Source: Octopus sinensis
Taxonomy: Eukaryota
DNA: 64,000 nucleotides
Direction of reading: 5' to 3'
NCBI RefSeq assembly: GCF_006345805.1
Contig: NC_043002.1
Coordinates: 103,478,001 to 103,542,000 of the forward strand
The position numbers were made by a program, and so were the translations under genes. Positions 1 through 11,599 of the stretch are shown in pieces. The notes under the pieces are model-generated. The model did no database searches. It was not told the DNA's origin and saw only the letters and a list, made by a program, of their open reading frames with translations. How positions within the stretch are numbered: the first letter of the stretch is position 1; the number at the start of each line of letters is the position of its first letter.

Positions 1-131
1 CGAGTACGTAGTATGTATGTATACGCGCCCGCGTTCATACGCACACATAAATATATATGCCTGTCAATCGCACTTTCTCTTTACGTTGTACATATTATGT
101 ATATGTATATATATATATATATAATATATTA

Positions 132-167
<36 letters not shown>

Positions 168-169
168 AT

Positions 170-216
<47 letters not shown>

Positions 217-225
217 ATATATACT

Positions 226-320
226 TATTTATTAAAAAAACAGCAGAAATTCAACAAAACCTGTTAGTCGGACTTTCACCTTCCCGTTCGTCGGACAGTT
301 TTGTTAACAAAACTGAATGA
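226..320 (-). mobile_element. Short fold-back element next to (TA)n, carrying a hammerhead motif; 20-bp palindrome CAGTTTTGTTAACAAAACTG at its inner end
   Basis: Homologous to 19815-19935; abuts (TA)n at 100-225. Confidence 0.7.
261..298 (-). ncRNA. Minimal type I hammerhead ribozyme motif (U4C core variant)
   Basis: Minus strand: CUGU-CCGACGA-AC(GGGAAG)GU-GAAA-GUC(C)GAC-UA-ACAG; stem I CUGU/ACAG, cleavage triplet CUA. Confidence 0.65.
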
Positions 321-541
321 ACACGAAGGAATTTCCGAGTTAGTTCCAACGACAATTGTAGAAATACTGTAGATGACGTAAGGTAGCCAGTGGGAATGAA
401 AGTGCATCATCGGCTACCACCTAGGTACACCCCCAGTAATTAAATAATTACAGCCGCACTTGCCCATACCTCACCAACACCACCTCCTCATCGGCATCCA
501 ACATCGACGCTGTCATATCAACGACTCCTTCACTTTTCACT

Positions 542-841
542 TCTATCAGTGTTACCTAGTGTATCTCCTGCTCTTTCTGCCCTTCCCTATACATCTGGCA
601 AACGGGACGCTGCTTGATTGACCAGTTCGCGGAACACCTCCGAGACATATGACTCGGCAATTACAACTCAGTCTCGCGCCATTTCCGCTCCAACGGTAAT
701 TTTTTGCAAGCACTGTCTGTGTTTGGATTGTCCTTGCACATGGTCCATCCGGACTCCTCTTTCGGCTGTGAAGAGAGATTAATCTTCTCTCTTCTCTCCT
801 TTGCGCCACATGGGCTCCACTCTGCACCCCTCTTCATCTAA
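542..841 (+). pseudogene. Penelope-like element GIY-YIG endonuclease C-terminal remnant
   Basis: One frame reads SISVT*CISCSFCPSLYIWQTGRCLIDQFAEHLRDI*LGNYNSVSRHFRSNG...EERLIFSLLSFAPHGLHSAPLFI*, matching the PLE pattern VIY-C-C-YIGETGR-L-RF-EH...HF...E-LI...P-GLN; two internal stops. Confidence 0.85.
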
Positions 842-1400
842 CCCTCCTCCCCTCTCCTCTCTACCTCTCACCACTACTTCCTCCCACGCACCTCTCCTCT
901 CTTGCACCGATTCCTACTTCTCTTCATTACTACTCTCCTTTCTTCTCTCCAACCCAACTTCTCCCTTCCATTCTCACTTCATCGTCACCCCTCCCTCGTA
1001 ACACGACTCCTACACAATCCAACCTCACCTTTCCTATCCTTCCCATTCCAACCCCACCCTATCCCTTACTCATATTCCCACATACCCCACCAATACCTCC
1101 AACCTCAGCCTAACCCACACCCAACCTTGCTTTCCCCATTCTCGCTTCCACAACATCTGAACACCACCAAACCACACTGGACACCCACAACACACACTTG
1201 AGATCACATCACACCAACAAGCACACACTAGCACTGGCCACTTCCTAGCCCCATACCATCATCCACACGCCTACACATGCACACACGCACACGTCAAGGT
1301 CACCAGCCCTCTTCCTCACGCACATACATACTCTCTTATACACACGCATGTGCACCTTCCTTTTGGGATCACCACTACTTTATTATTTTCCCTTCTTCTT
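842..1400. repeat. C/T-rich low-complexity tract (probable PLE 3' region)
   Basis: Strong pyrimidine/C bias; directly follows the GIY-YIG stop. Confidence 0.6.
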
Positions 1401-1424
1401 AGCTCTCCTGTGTGACCCGCTGTC

Positions 1425-1613
1425 CGGCATTCGCCATGATAGATCGCTATCCAATACACATTCGTTATTTCCTCTCCTTGTTTCTTTCTGTTCTTTTCTA
1501 TGGCTGAGCGTAGGCTCGAAACGTTAAAGACTTTTTCAATTCCCGAGCGTTATACTAATACATATGCTTGTTGTCTACACCAACTGTCTTTTTCTTTTGT
1601 TTTTTGTGAATTC

Positions 1614-1617
<4 letters not shown>
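1425..1617 (+). mobile_element. PLE pseudo-LTR-like repeat (family P) with decayed HHR-like motif at 1492-1530
   Basis: Homologous to 15558-15745 and 56386-56595 (CGCCATGATAGATCG...GAGCGTAGGCTCGAAACGT...); ends at (TA)n. Confidence 0.7.
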
Positions 1618-1653
<36 letters not shown>

Positions 1654-3942
1654 TATATAATATATATTATATATATATATATATAATATATATATATATT
1701 ATAGATATATATATATATAATATATTATATATATATATATTATTCGCAGAGAGAGAGAGAAAGAAAGAGAGAGAGAAAGATACATATACATGAATATATA
1801 CACACAAGACCAAGATGAATACGTGTTTGAGTGTGTGTGTGGGACGGTTGCGTATGTTTTTTAGTGTCCGAGTGTCCGTGTGTCCGTGTGTCTGTGCCTC
1901 TGTGTTTGTCTTCTTGTCTGTGTCTGCATATGTGTCGAATTTCATACAGTTTGAATTTCTGTTAAAGATGTATAATTTACGGAGATTGAAACTACTGGGT
2001 ATAGGGCTCAGATTTCAAGTATTTTAACTCTCATTCCTATAAGGACAGTAAAGACCCAGATAGATTTTTTTTTACAGGCGCTGTATTGTTTAGAAAAAAT
2101 CACTCCATGAATAACGATGTCTGCAATTTTAACCTATATAACGTCGACAGAATATTTATGTAGCTATTTATGAGTGTGTATGTGTGTGTAAGTGTGTGTT
2201 TATGTGTGTTTGTATGTGTGTGTGTGTGTCTTTGTGTCTATTATAACAACTTTTCTATAATTGATATTGTATATCTAGTCGAATTTCTCTTCAGTTCAGT
2301 CGTTGCTATTACGGTTTTATCATATGTAATGGATCACCGAGAGAGGAAAAAAATGTCTTCAAAAGAACTGAGAAAAAAAAATGTATATAATTTTCATTGT
2401 TGATTTTGGTGTACACTTTGATATTCGAAAGCATTTCAGACCAATATTTACTTCATGTTATAGAGTAAACGTAGATATATAATACAATTGTTGGTCTTTA
2501 TAAAAGCATATTTGATTTCGTTGTTTACATAAAGAAATATTTAAAAATATAATATACATAAATAAACTCATAAATATGCGCAATTTTTTGTGAATAAATC
2601 TAAACAGTTTTCGTCAAAAACACAGATACACACACACACAAACACGCAGACACACAGAAACACGTACACAAAATTACTTTTACACATATGCACACATATA
2701 TTCTGTTATTCTTTTCTTTTACTTATAGTTAAATACTTTTACTGCGAACAGGAAACGAGACAGTGATAAATATAAGCGTGAAATGATAGAGAGAGAGAAT
2801 GAGTGAGTGAGTGAATGAATGAGTGAGGGAGGGTGAGAGAGAGAGAGAGAGAGACAGAGAGCGAGTGAGTGAGACAGAGAAAGTGAGAGAGAATTAGTCA
2901 GTGAGAGAGACAGAAAGTGAGAGAGATAAAGAGTAACTGTTTTGTTTATTTTTTTGTTTAAATGTTTACTTACACCTGGATTCGTTTCATGTTATTTACC
3001 CAATTATATTCTATTGATGTCTGATACGATTTACCACTAGAAATAGACGAAAACCGTGAGATCCTGTAACTAAAAACAAGTTCAAACGTAATTCTCGACA
3101 AATCTGAATATCTCCAGAGAAAAAAAAATGGGCCGAGTCGGAACTAATAACGCAAAAAGGCATAAAATTATGTTAAATGGAATCAACTAAACAGCGATAG
3201 TCAGTTAAAACTCTGACTTACGACAGAACTCCCCTGTGGCACAACAGGTTCACGACATTTCCGTGCGGGGAATTCATTACAATGTCGGAAATTGCTTTCT
3301 CGTTCCGTGAAGATTTAATTAAACCAAAACAAGTAGTATGTTCCAAGAATATCAACACTGTGCGTAATTCTTTAGAAAATTTACTCTGCTAAGGAAGCAA
3401 TATTATCTACTAATTTCATATGGACGTAAAGAATGTGAAAAGGAGAAAGGAGAAAAACCGATGTTTGGTCGAAAATATAGAGGAGCGTTTAATAAACTCC
3501 TACACGATTTACGGTTTCACACGCTCCTTAGCAACATTTGATTAAGGGAAGTCTCAATGGGGTAATTTCGTCCTGTCTGCAATTCAGTACATAACACGTT
3601 ATAATAAAGGAGCTTAATTTTGATGCAAAAATTGCCTTCTCAGCAAACTCGTACCGATTTGTCAAGAATAGTTATTTGGCAAAGGAGGCTTTCGGAATAA
3701 ATATACGGACGTTTTAGAAAGTGTTTTATTAGATTAACTTAGGAAGAACTGGGGTAATTTATTTAGTAGTTCTATTGATATTACACAAAGGTATAATATT
3801 CTGTGTATACATAATTACATCGATGTATTAATTTCATATAATCGTAAATATACATATATATATATATATATAGTCACACATGCATAGACGCGCAATCACA
3901 TATGTGTATGTATATTGCATATCTACGTATGTATATATATAT

Positions 3943-3975
<33 letters not shown>

Positions 3976-4186
3976 GGTTGTGTGTGTGGGTGTGTTTGTG
4001 TGGTGTGTTTGTATGTGTGCGTGGGTGTGGGTGTGTGTGCGAGTGTGTAACTGTTTGGGTTTTGCGTTTTAGTATATTTTCTTTCTTCTCCCGCCATCCA
4101 GATCTGTATTATACATATAAATATATATTAGCAAATAAGATACTTATGTTCCTTAAACACTTTTTGTCTCACTCAATCTACACACA

Positions 4187-4234
<48 letters not shown>

Positions 4235-4489
4235 AAAACACGCATACCCCTGCCTCCAAAAAATGCATATGCGTATATATGTATATATATATATATATAT
4301 ATATTATTATATATATGAAAAGTAGTATTAGTACGTTGTGTGATTAATTTATGTAATGAAGTTCTACAAATCCAATCATATTTGTCAAAACTGGAAGAGA
4401 TAAGATGTTAAAAAGTTGTAATAAGTTTATTAATGCATAACAATCATTTCGGACGTCGACGTAAATTCATTTTAGAATTTGCAAATATA

Positions 4490-4506
4490 TCTATCTTTCT
4501 CTCTAT

Positions 4507-4549
<43 letters not shown>

Positions 4550-4550
4550 A

Positions 4551-4584
<34 letters not shown>

Positions 4585-4588
4585 CTAC

Positions 4589-4650
<62 letters not shown>
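4490..4650. repeat. (TATC)n microsatellite
   Basis: Direct reading. Confidence 0.95.
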
Positions 4651-4658
<8 letters not shown>

Positions 4659-4751
4659 ATTATATATATATATATAACACATATATATATAACATACATA
4701 TATATATGTATATACATATATATAGATATATATATGTATATATATATATAC

Positions 4752-4797
<46 letters not shown>

Positions 4798-4923
4798 ATA
4801 AATATATATATATGAATATATATATTATATATATAAAAATACACATAAATATGTGTATATATATATACATATAATGTATATATATATATATAACACATAT
4901 ATATATAACATACATAATATATG

Positions 4924-4997
<74 letters not shown>

Positions 4998-5070
4998 TAT
5001 GTATATATACCTATAAATATATATATATGAATAATATATATATATATAAAAATACACATAAATATATGTG

Positions 5071-5102
<32 letters not shown>

Positions 5103-5165
5103 ACACATATATATATAACATACATATATATATATATGTATAGACATTATATAGATATATATATG

Positions 5166-5217
<52 letters not shown>

Positions 5218-5234
5218 TATGTATATATACCTAT

Positions 5235-5266
<32 letters not shown>

Positions 5267-5400
5267 AAAATACACATAAATATATGTGTATAATATATAT
5301 ACTATATATATGTATATATGTACATATATATGTATATATATATGCTATATATGTGTGTGTATACATAATATATATATTATATATATATATATATATATCC
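4650..5400. repeat. TA-rich tract with about 215-bp higher-order periodicity
   Basis: ATACCTATAAAT...AAAATACACATAAAT blocks recur near 4793, 5007 and 5226. Confidence 0.75.
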
Positions 5401-6823
5401 ACATACTTTGTGTGTAGGAGTGTTGTGTGCGTATTTATGTGTGTGTGTACAGAGGGAGAGAGGGGAGAGAGAGAGAGTCTACTATTGTGTTACGATGGAA
5501 AAGACATATTCCATCCAGGGCAAGATAAATATCTTTAAATGTACACTGTATAAAAACACGAACTACTAAACATTTCTTAGTTCGAAGATGTTGGTCTAAA
5601 TGGGATTTTGTGTTTCCAAGCACATTGTCTATTCATTTTACAAATCAGAACGTTGACACATGAGAAATGAAGAGAAAAAAAACGAGTGCAAATATGGGAT
5701 ATATGGCCTAAAGTCCAATTGGAAGTGTGAAAACGCAGTCGAATTGCAAGGACTTTTTAAGTGAACAGCGTTAAACTGATCTCTCAATATGCCTTACAAT
5801 CCATCGAATTAGATGAAACAGTTGAAAAAGTCGGCAAGAAACGTAGACCGCCGACGTCGACAAAACCCGAATACTAGAAACGCATGGTGCAAGTACAGCA
5901 AAATCTATCATGCGTGCGAGTCGTGAGATAGAAATTTCAAACTCAAACTTCTTTGATAAAATATTCATCTGTCCGTGTGTACTTGTTTACATATCACTTC
6001 GTTTCGAATACACCCAAAGGGAATTACTCCATAAATCCTGTGATTTACAGTTACATTTGTTCCGGTTATTTTTTTATTATTATTATTTTCTTTTTTGACC
6101 TTATTGTAATGTTACCAAATGTTTCATTTTCTATGAAATATCTTGCACTGTATGACCCCTGAATTCAAAAGAGCAACATAGACCATCAAACAATGAAGTA
6201 GAAATTTAGTGTATACTATGAATTCTACAATGAATTTATGAGAATTTGCTCTTTCAATGAAGTAACCAATATCTGTATTAGCTTTGGTGTGTCCCTTTTA
6301 TGTGTGACATATTCTGTGCTAATGAAGAGATCAGCAGTAAGTCCCAGCAGCATATTCAATAAAGGTGTCTTTCCGTTTATGCGACAATGGCGCCAGTGTA
6401 TTTGTGTGAAATGAAAATTCGTTTTCTCCTTTTTAATTCGCTCTTTATCCTTTCCAGTTTTTCTTTGTCTGCATGTCTCATTCTGGCATATTGGGTTACG
6501 TGGAGGTAACCCGATATTGCTTCACACCAGGAGACAGACAGAGAAAGACACAGAGATGCAAGTGATGGAGATGTTGACGGCAGTTTGAAAACTATTAAAA
6601 ACAGACAAAATCCATATCGTATTATATTAACCCAGATTTTTCCGTTAAATGAATCGTAAAGAAATGGAACTACTTATGGATTTTTCTTTTAAATCTGCAA
6701 TGATAAATAACAAGCTAACACTAAACAAAACATTCATCGGTAAGTTCTTAAAGTTCTGCATTCGGGGGCTTCAAAGTATCAGTGCATCCACTACCACACG
6801 CCGGTTAGATATGTGCATATAAT

Positions 6824-6864
<41 letters not shown>

Positions 6865-7052
6865 TACTAAGCAATAAGGGTTTAGCAAACGAGTTGCCTT
6901 ACCAAATACCGAATTTAGAAATAGCAGTCAAAGGGTTATAGCTATTTCTTCTACTAAAAAGGGAGATCTCAGTAAAAACAGCATTTGGAAGGCAGACACA
7001 AACAGGTAAGAGAGAATGAATTGACTGCAATCTATCATACATTTTTTAGTTA

Positions 7053-7159
7053 TCCACGGACGTACGTTTCCAAATCAAGTTTTAAGGAAAGCATAAGAAT
7101 TAAAATATTAAATATTAAATAATTCTATCTTACCGAAACTTCTTTTTCTTCAGCGTAGA
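7053..7159 (-). ncRNA. Type I hammerhead motif, inverted-arm copy (C11.1 changed to G)
   Basis: Reverse complement of the 8130-8236 motif; CUGAAGA core at 7147-7153. Confidence 0.7.
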
Positions 7160-7534
7160 ATACTATAATCATAAATGATTATATATGAATTTTGAGATAC
7201 CAGAAGGCACCAACTCAACTCAGTATCAGAGCGAGCTAGAATCCGCAACTGGTATCACCGAATTCAATTTGTGAATGAAACGATTGTGTCAACAGCCCCT
7301 TCCCACCCGCGTGTAGCCAAAACAAGATGCTGTGGTCATCTACTGAGATAAAATATGGTTATCCGTAATAATGAAGGGTGATTGAAATTATTAATTTGGA
7401 AAAATTATCAATTACACCAAGTAGTCTTCGGCATGTAAAGGCCTCATTCGAGGAAAATTTAAGTAATACTAAGCAATAGGGGTTTAGCAACGAGTTTGCC
7501 AAAATTCAATATATAATCATTTATGATTATAGTA

Positions 7535-7639
7535 TCTACGCGAAGAGAAAAGAAGTTTCGGTAAGATAGAATATTTAATATTTAATATTTAATTCTTATG
7601 CTTTCCTTAAAACTTGATTTCGAAACGTACGTCCGTGGA
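7535..7639 (+). ncRNA. Type I hammerhead motif, copy with a 1-nt core deletion (CGAAGA)
   Basis: TCTACG-CGAAGA...GAAACGTACGTC-CGTGGA. Confidence 0.6.
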
Positions 7640-8129
7640 TAACTAAAAAAATGTATGATAGATTGCAGTCAATTCATTCTCTCTTACCTGTTTGTGTCTG
7701 CCTTCCAAATGCTGTTTTTACTGAGATCTCCCTTTTAGTAGAAGAAGAAATGCTATAACCCTTTGATGCTATTTCTAAATTCGGTATGTGGTAAGGCAAC
7801 TCGTTGCTAAACCCTTATTGCTTAGTATTACTTAAATTTTCCTCGAATGAGGCTTTACATGCCGAAGACTACTTGGTGTAATTGATAAAATTTTCCAAAT
7901 TAATTAATTTCACCCTTCATTATTACGGATAACCATATTTTATCTCAGTAGATGACCACAGCATCTTGTTTTGGCTACACGCGGGTGGGAAGGGCTGTTG
8001 ACACAATCGTTTCATTCACAAATTGAATTCGGTGATACCAGTTGCGGATTCTAGCTCGCTCTGATATTGAGTTGAGTTGGTGCCTTCTGGTATCTCAAAA
8101 TTCAATATATCATTTTATGATTATAGTAT

Positions 8130-8236
8130 TCTACGCTGAAGAGAAAAGAAGTTTCGGTAAGATAGAATTATTTAATATTTAATATTTAATTCTTATGCTT
8201 TCCTTAAAACTTGATTTCGAAACGTACGTCCGTGGA
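8130..8236 (+). ncRNA. Type I hammerhead ribozyme with long stem II
   Basis: Stem I UCUACG(8130-35)/CGUGGA(8231-36); CUGAAGA 8136-42; about 76-nt stem II closed by GAAA/UUUC with AAGUUU/AAACUU and AGAAUUA/UAAUUCU helices; GAAA 8219-22; stem III ACGUACGU; GUC cleavage after 8230. Confidence 0.8.
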
Positions 8237-8721
8237 TAACTAAAAAATGTATGATAGATTGCAGTCAATTCATTCTCTCTTACCTGTTTGTGTGCCTTCC
8301 AAATGCTGTTTTTACTGAGATCTCCCTTTTTAGTAGAAGAATAGCTATAACCCTTTGACTGCTATTTCTAATTCGGTATGTGGTAAGGCAACTCGTTTGC
8401 TAAAACCTTATTGCTTAGTATTACTTAAATTTTCCTCGAATGAGGCTTTTACATGCCGAAGACTATTGGTGTGTAATTGATAATTTTTCCAAATTAATTA
8501 ATTTCACCCTTCATTATTACGGATAACCATATTTTATCAGTAGATGACCACAGCATCTTGTTTGGCTACACGGCGGGTGGGAAGGGGCTGTTGACACAAT
8601 CGTTTCATTCACAAATTGAATTCGGTGATACCAGTTGCGGATTCTAGCTCGCTTGATACTGAGTTGAGGTTGGTGCCTTCTGGTATCTCAAATCAATATA
8701 TAATTTAATTTATGATAGTAT

Positions 8722-8826
8722 TCTACGCTGAAGAGAAAGAAGTTTCGGTAAGATAGAATATTTAATATGTAATATTTAATTCTTATGCTTTCCTTAAAAC
8801 TTGATTTCGAAACGTACGTCCGTGGA
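8722..8826 (+). ncRNA. Type I hammerhead ribozyme with long stem II
   Basis: Same fold; core 8728-34; predicted cleavage after 8820. Confidence 0.8.
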
Positions 8827-9320
8827 TAACTAAAAAAATGTATGATAGATTGCAGTCAATGCATTCTCTCTTACCTGTTTGTGTCTGCCTTCCAAATGCT
8901 GTTTTACTGAGATCTCCCTTTTTAGTAGAGAAATAGCTATAACCCTTTGACTGCTATTTCTAAATTCGGTATGTGGTAAGGCAACTCGTTGCTAAAACCC
9001 TTATTGCTTAGTATTACTTAAATTTTCCTCGAATGAGGCTTTTACATGCCGAAGACTACTTGGTTAAGTAATGATAATTTTTCCAAATTAATTAATTTCA
9101 CCCTTCATTATTACGGATAACCATATTTTATCTCAGTAGATGACCACAGCATCTTGTTTTGGCTACACGCGGGGTGGAAGGGGCTGTTGACACAATCGTT
9201 TCATTCACAAATTGAATTCGGTGATACCAGTTGCGGATTCTAGCTCGCTCTGATACTGAGTTGAGTTGGTGCCTTCTGGTATCTCAAAATTCAATATATA
9301 ATCATTTATGATTATAGTAT

Positions 9321-9427
9321 TCTACGCTGAAGAGAAAAGAAGTTTCGGTAAGATAGAATTATTTAATATTTAATATTTAATTCTTATGCTTTCCTTAAAA
9401 CTTGATTTCGAAACGTACGTCCGTGGA
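9321..9427 (+). ncRNA. Type I hammerhead ribozyme with long stem II
   Basis: Same fold; core 9327-33; predicted cleavage after 9421. Confidence 0.8.
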
Positions 9428-9800
9428 TAACTAAAAAAAAATGTATGATAGATTGCAGTCAATTCATTCTCTCTTACCTGTTTGTGTCTGCCTTCCAAAT
9501 GCTGTTTTTACTGAGATCTCCTTTTTAGTAGAAGAAATAGCTATAACCTTTGACTGCTATTTCTAAATTCGGTATGTGGTAAGGCAACTCGTTGCTAAAC
9601 CCTTATTGCTTAGTATTACTTAAATTTTCCTCGAATGAGCTTTTACATGCCGAAGAAGACTACTTGGTGTAATGATAATTTTTCCAAATTAATTAATTTC
9701 ACCCTTCATTATTACGGATAACTATATATAAATATAATATATATGTATGTATATGCATATATATGTATATATGCATATGTGTGTATATGTATACAATATA

Positions 9801-9859
<59 letters not shown>

Positions 9860-10064
9860 TAGGTGAATGAATTATCCTATGTTTATCGTCAGCATGGAAA
9901 ATTTGTTTATCCGAAACCTGGGTAGCAAATTCACGTCAGAAAAGGGTGCATAATGCACCCTTTATTCCTTCGGAATGAAAATATGCTGTCTTCGAAACAT
10001 GTGTCGAGAGTAAAGGAATTTTGTTAACATCTTCGTTCGACTCCATTCTTTCATTTATCCAATA

Positions 10065-10112
<48 letters not shown>

Positions 10113-10156
10113 ATATACGTGGGTGGGGGTGTATGTTGTAATGTAGCTATACATAT

Positions 10157-10322
10157 GTGTCTGTGTGGTAAGTAACGTGATTTTCAACCACAGGATTTCG
10201 AGTTCAGTCCCACTGCGTAGAAACATGGGCAATTGTCTTCAGCTATAACCTTGGGTAGACCAAAGCCTTGTGAGTGGATTTGGTAGTCGGAAACTTAAAC
10301 AAACCAGTCTTATATATATGTG

Positions 10323-10356
<34 letters not shown>

Positions 10357-10545
10357 CCCAACCCCCGCTTGACTACCAATGTTGGTTTGTTTACACGTCT
10401 GCAACGTAGTGGTTCCGCAAAAAGTATTGATAAAATAAGTACCAAACTTCAAAGAAATAATTACAGGGTTTGAGTCATTCGAGTAAAACCTTTCAACGCA
10501 ATGCTCCAGCATGGTCCCAGTCTAGTGATTGAAACTATTAAAAGA
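10157..10545 (+). mobile_element. tRNA-derived SINE family B (head, (TG)n spacer, tail module)
   Basis: ...CCACAGGATTTCGAGTTCAGTCCCACTGCGT...GACCAAAGCCTTGTGAGTGGATTTGGTAG...; homologues at 19104 and 32511. Confidence 0.8.
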
Positions 10546-10928
10546 TAAAATGATACACACACACACACATATTTATATATATTTAACGCATACAAGCACA
10601 GATACACACACACACGAACACACATGCATACAAATACACAGCAAAAAATAGGATTTAGTGTTCCATTATTGATGGAATCAACAAAAAGTACTGCATCAAA
10701 TGAAAGATAAATATCATTCAATAGACACAAGACGGGATTGTAGAAAGAAGCAGCTGGAGTAAAGAAAAACGAATGTTACAAAATACTCTGGGATTTTAGC
10801 ATTCAGTGTGGCCCAAGTCATAAAAATAGGAATAAAGATAAAAATTTACAAAAACTATGTTCTTACGTAACTTATGTCTATAAATATAAAATTAATAATA
10901 TATAGGGTTAAAAAAAAATTAAATATAT

Positions 10929-11130
10929 ATTTCTTTACTACCCACAAGGGGCTAAACACAGAGGAGACAAACAAGGACAGACAAACGGATTAAGTTGATT
11001 ACATCGACCCCAGTGCGTAACTGGTTCTTAATTTATCGACCCCGGAAGGATGAAAGGCAAAGTCGACCTCGGCGGAATTTGAACTCGGAACGTCAGGGCA
11101 GACGAAATACGGCAACGCATTTCGCCCTGG
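10929..11130 (-). mobile_element. tRNA-derived SINE family A
   Basis: Minus strand has B-box-like GAGTTCAAATTCC; homologous to 17058, 40045, 54405 and 63185. Confidence 0.85.
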
Positions 11131-11284
11131 TGATATAAAATGATATAAAATGATATAAATTAGAATCTATTAATGTTTATATTATTAATCTCCTTATCTT
11201 TATTGACACAAGTCTTGTTATTATCTTCTATATCATTTCAAGTATTGTCCCCATTATGATTTTCTTTTAATTTTAAATCCTTCC

Positions 11285-11590
11285 CCTTTAAACTCAAAGA
11301 AAGAAGAAAGCTAATTAGAAGACTACAGATCCAATCCATCACTGGAACTGTAAAAATCTGTAAAAGTTTCCAGAAGTTTATCCTTTAAATATATATGAGC
11401 ATGCCATGATATATAACTATATACTTGAGTATACATACATAAAACATACAAATCTGCATATACATACATAAATACATACAAAAATACCTTGTTGTTGAAG
11501 TTGAAATTCAAATAAAATAATCGTGGATCTAGGTTAGAAACCGTTTTTATCTCTTTCGGAAAGAAATCTTGAAATAAACCAAATAATAAC
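11285..11590 (+). mobile_element. 3' end of an RLE-type non-LTR retrotransposon, copy 1
   Basis: KERRKLIRRLQIQSITGTVKICKSFQKFIL* plus 3'UTR (TTGAAATTC...GGATCTAGGTTAGAAACCG...TTGAAATAA) shared with copy 2. Confidence 0.65.
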
Positions 11591-11599
11591 ATGCATACA

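Larger units (their letters stand above)
6865..9722. mobile_element. Retrozyme-like array: about 595-bp monomer; about 1.07 inverted copies (6865-7500) then about 3.7 direct copies (7501-9722); flanked by (TA)n
   Basis: CTCAAAATTCAAT-type junction recurs near 8094, 8688 and 9283; 7501 onward is the reverse complement of 6865-7500; one HHR per monomer. Confidence 0.85.

Noticed and set aside
4433-5538. Long YI/IY-rich ORFs, up to 251 aa
   Set aside because: Translations of (TA)n and (TATC)n; the same applies to the ORFs at 35198-37230, 43074-43454 and 47185-47796.
7840-7875. CTCGAATGAGGC...GCCGAAGAC as a second hammerhead in the 595-bp monomer
   Set aside because: Core CGAAUGA and GAAG deviate at essential positions; no stem III, UH or stem I.
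6865-9722. CRISPR array or ordinary satellite
   Set aside because: No short repeat and unique spacer structure, and the context is eukaryotic; the inversion and per-unit ribozyme argue against a plain satellite.
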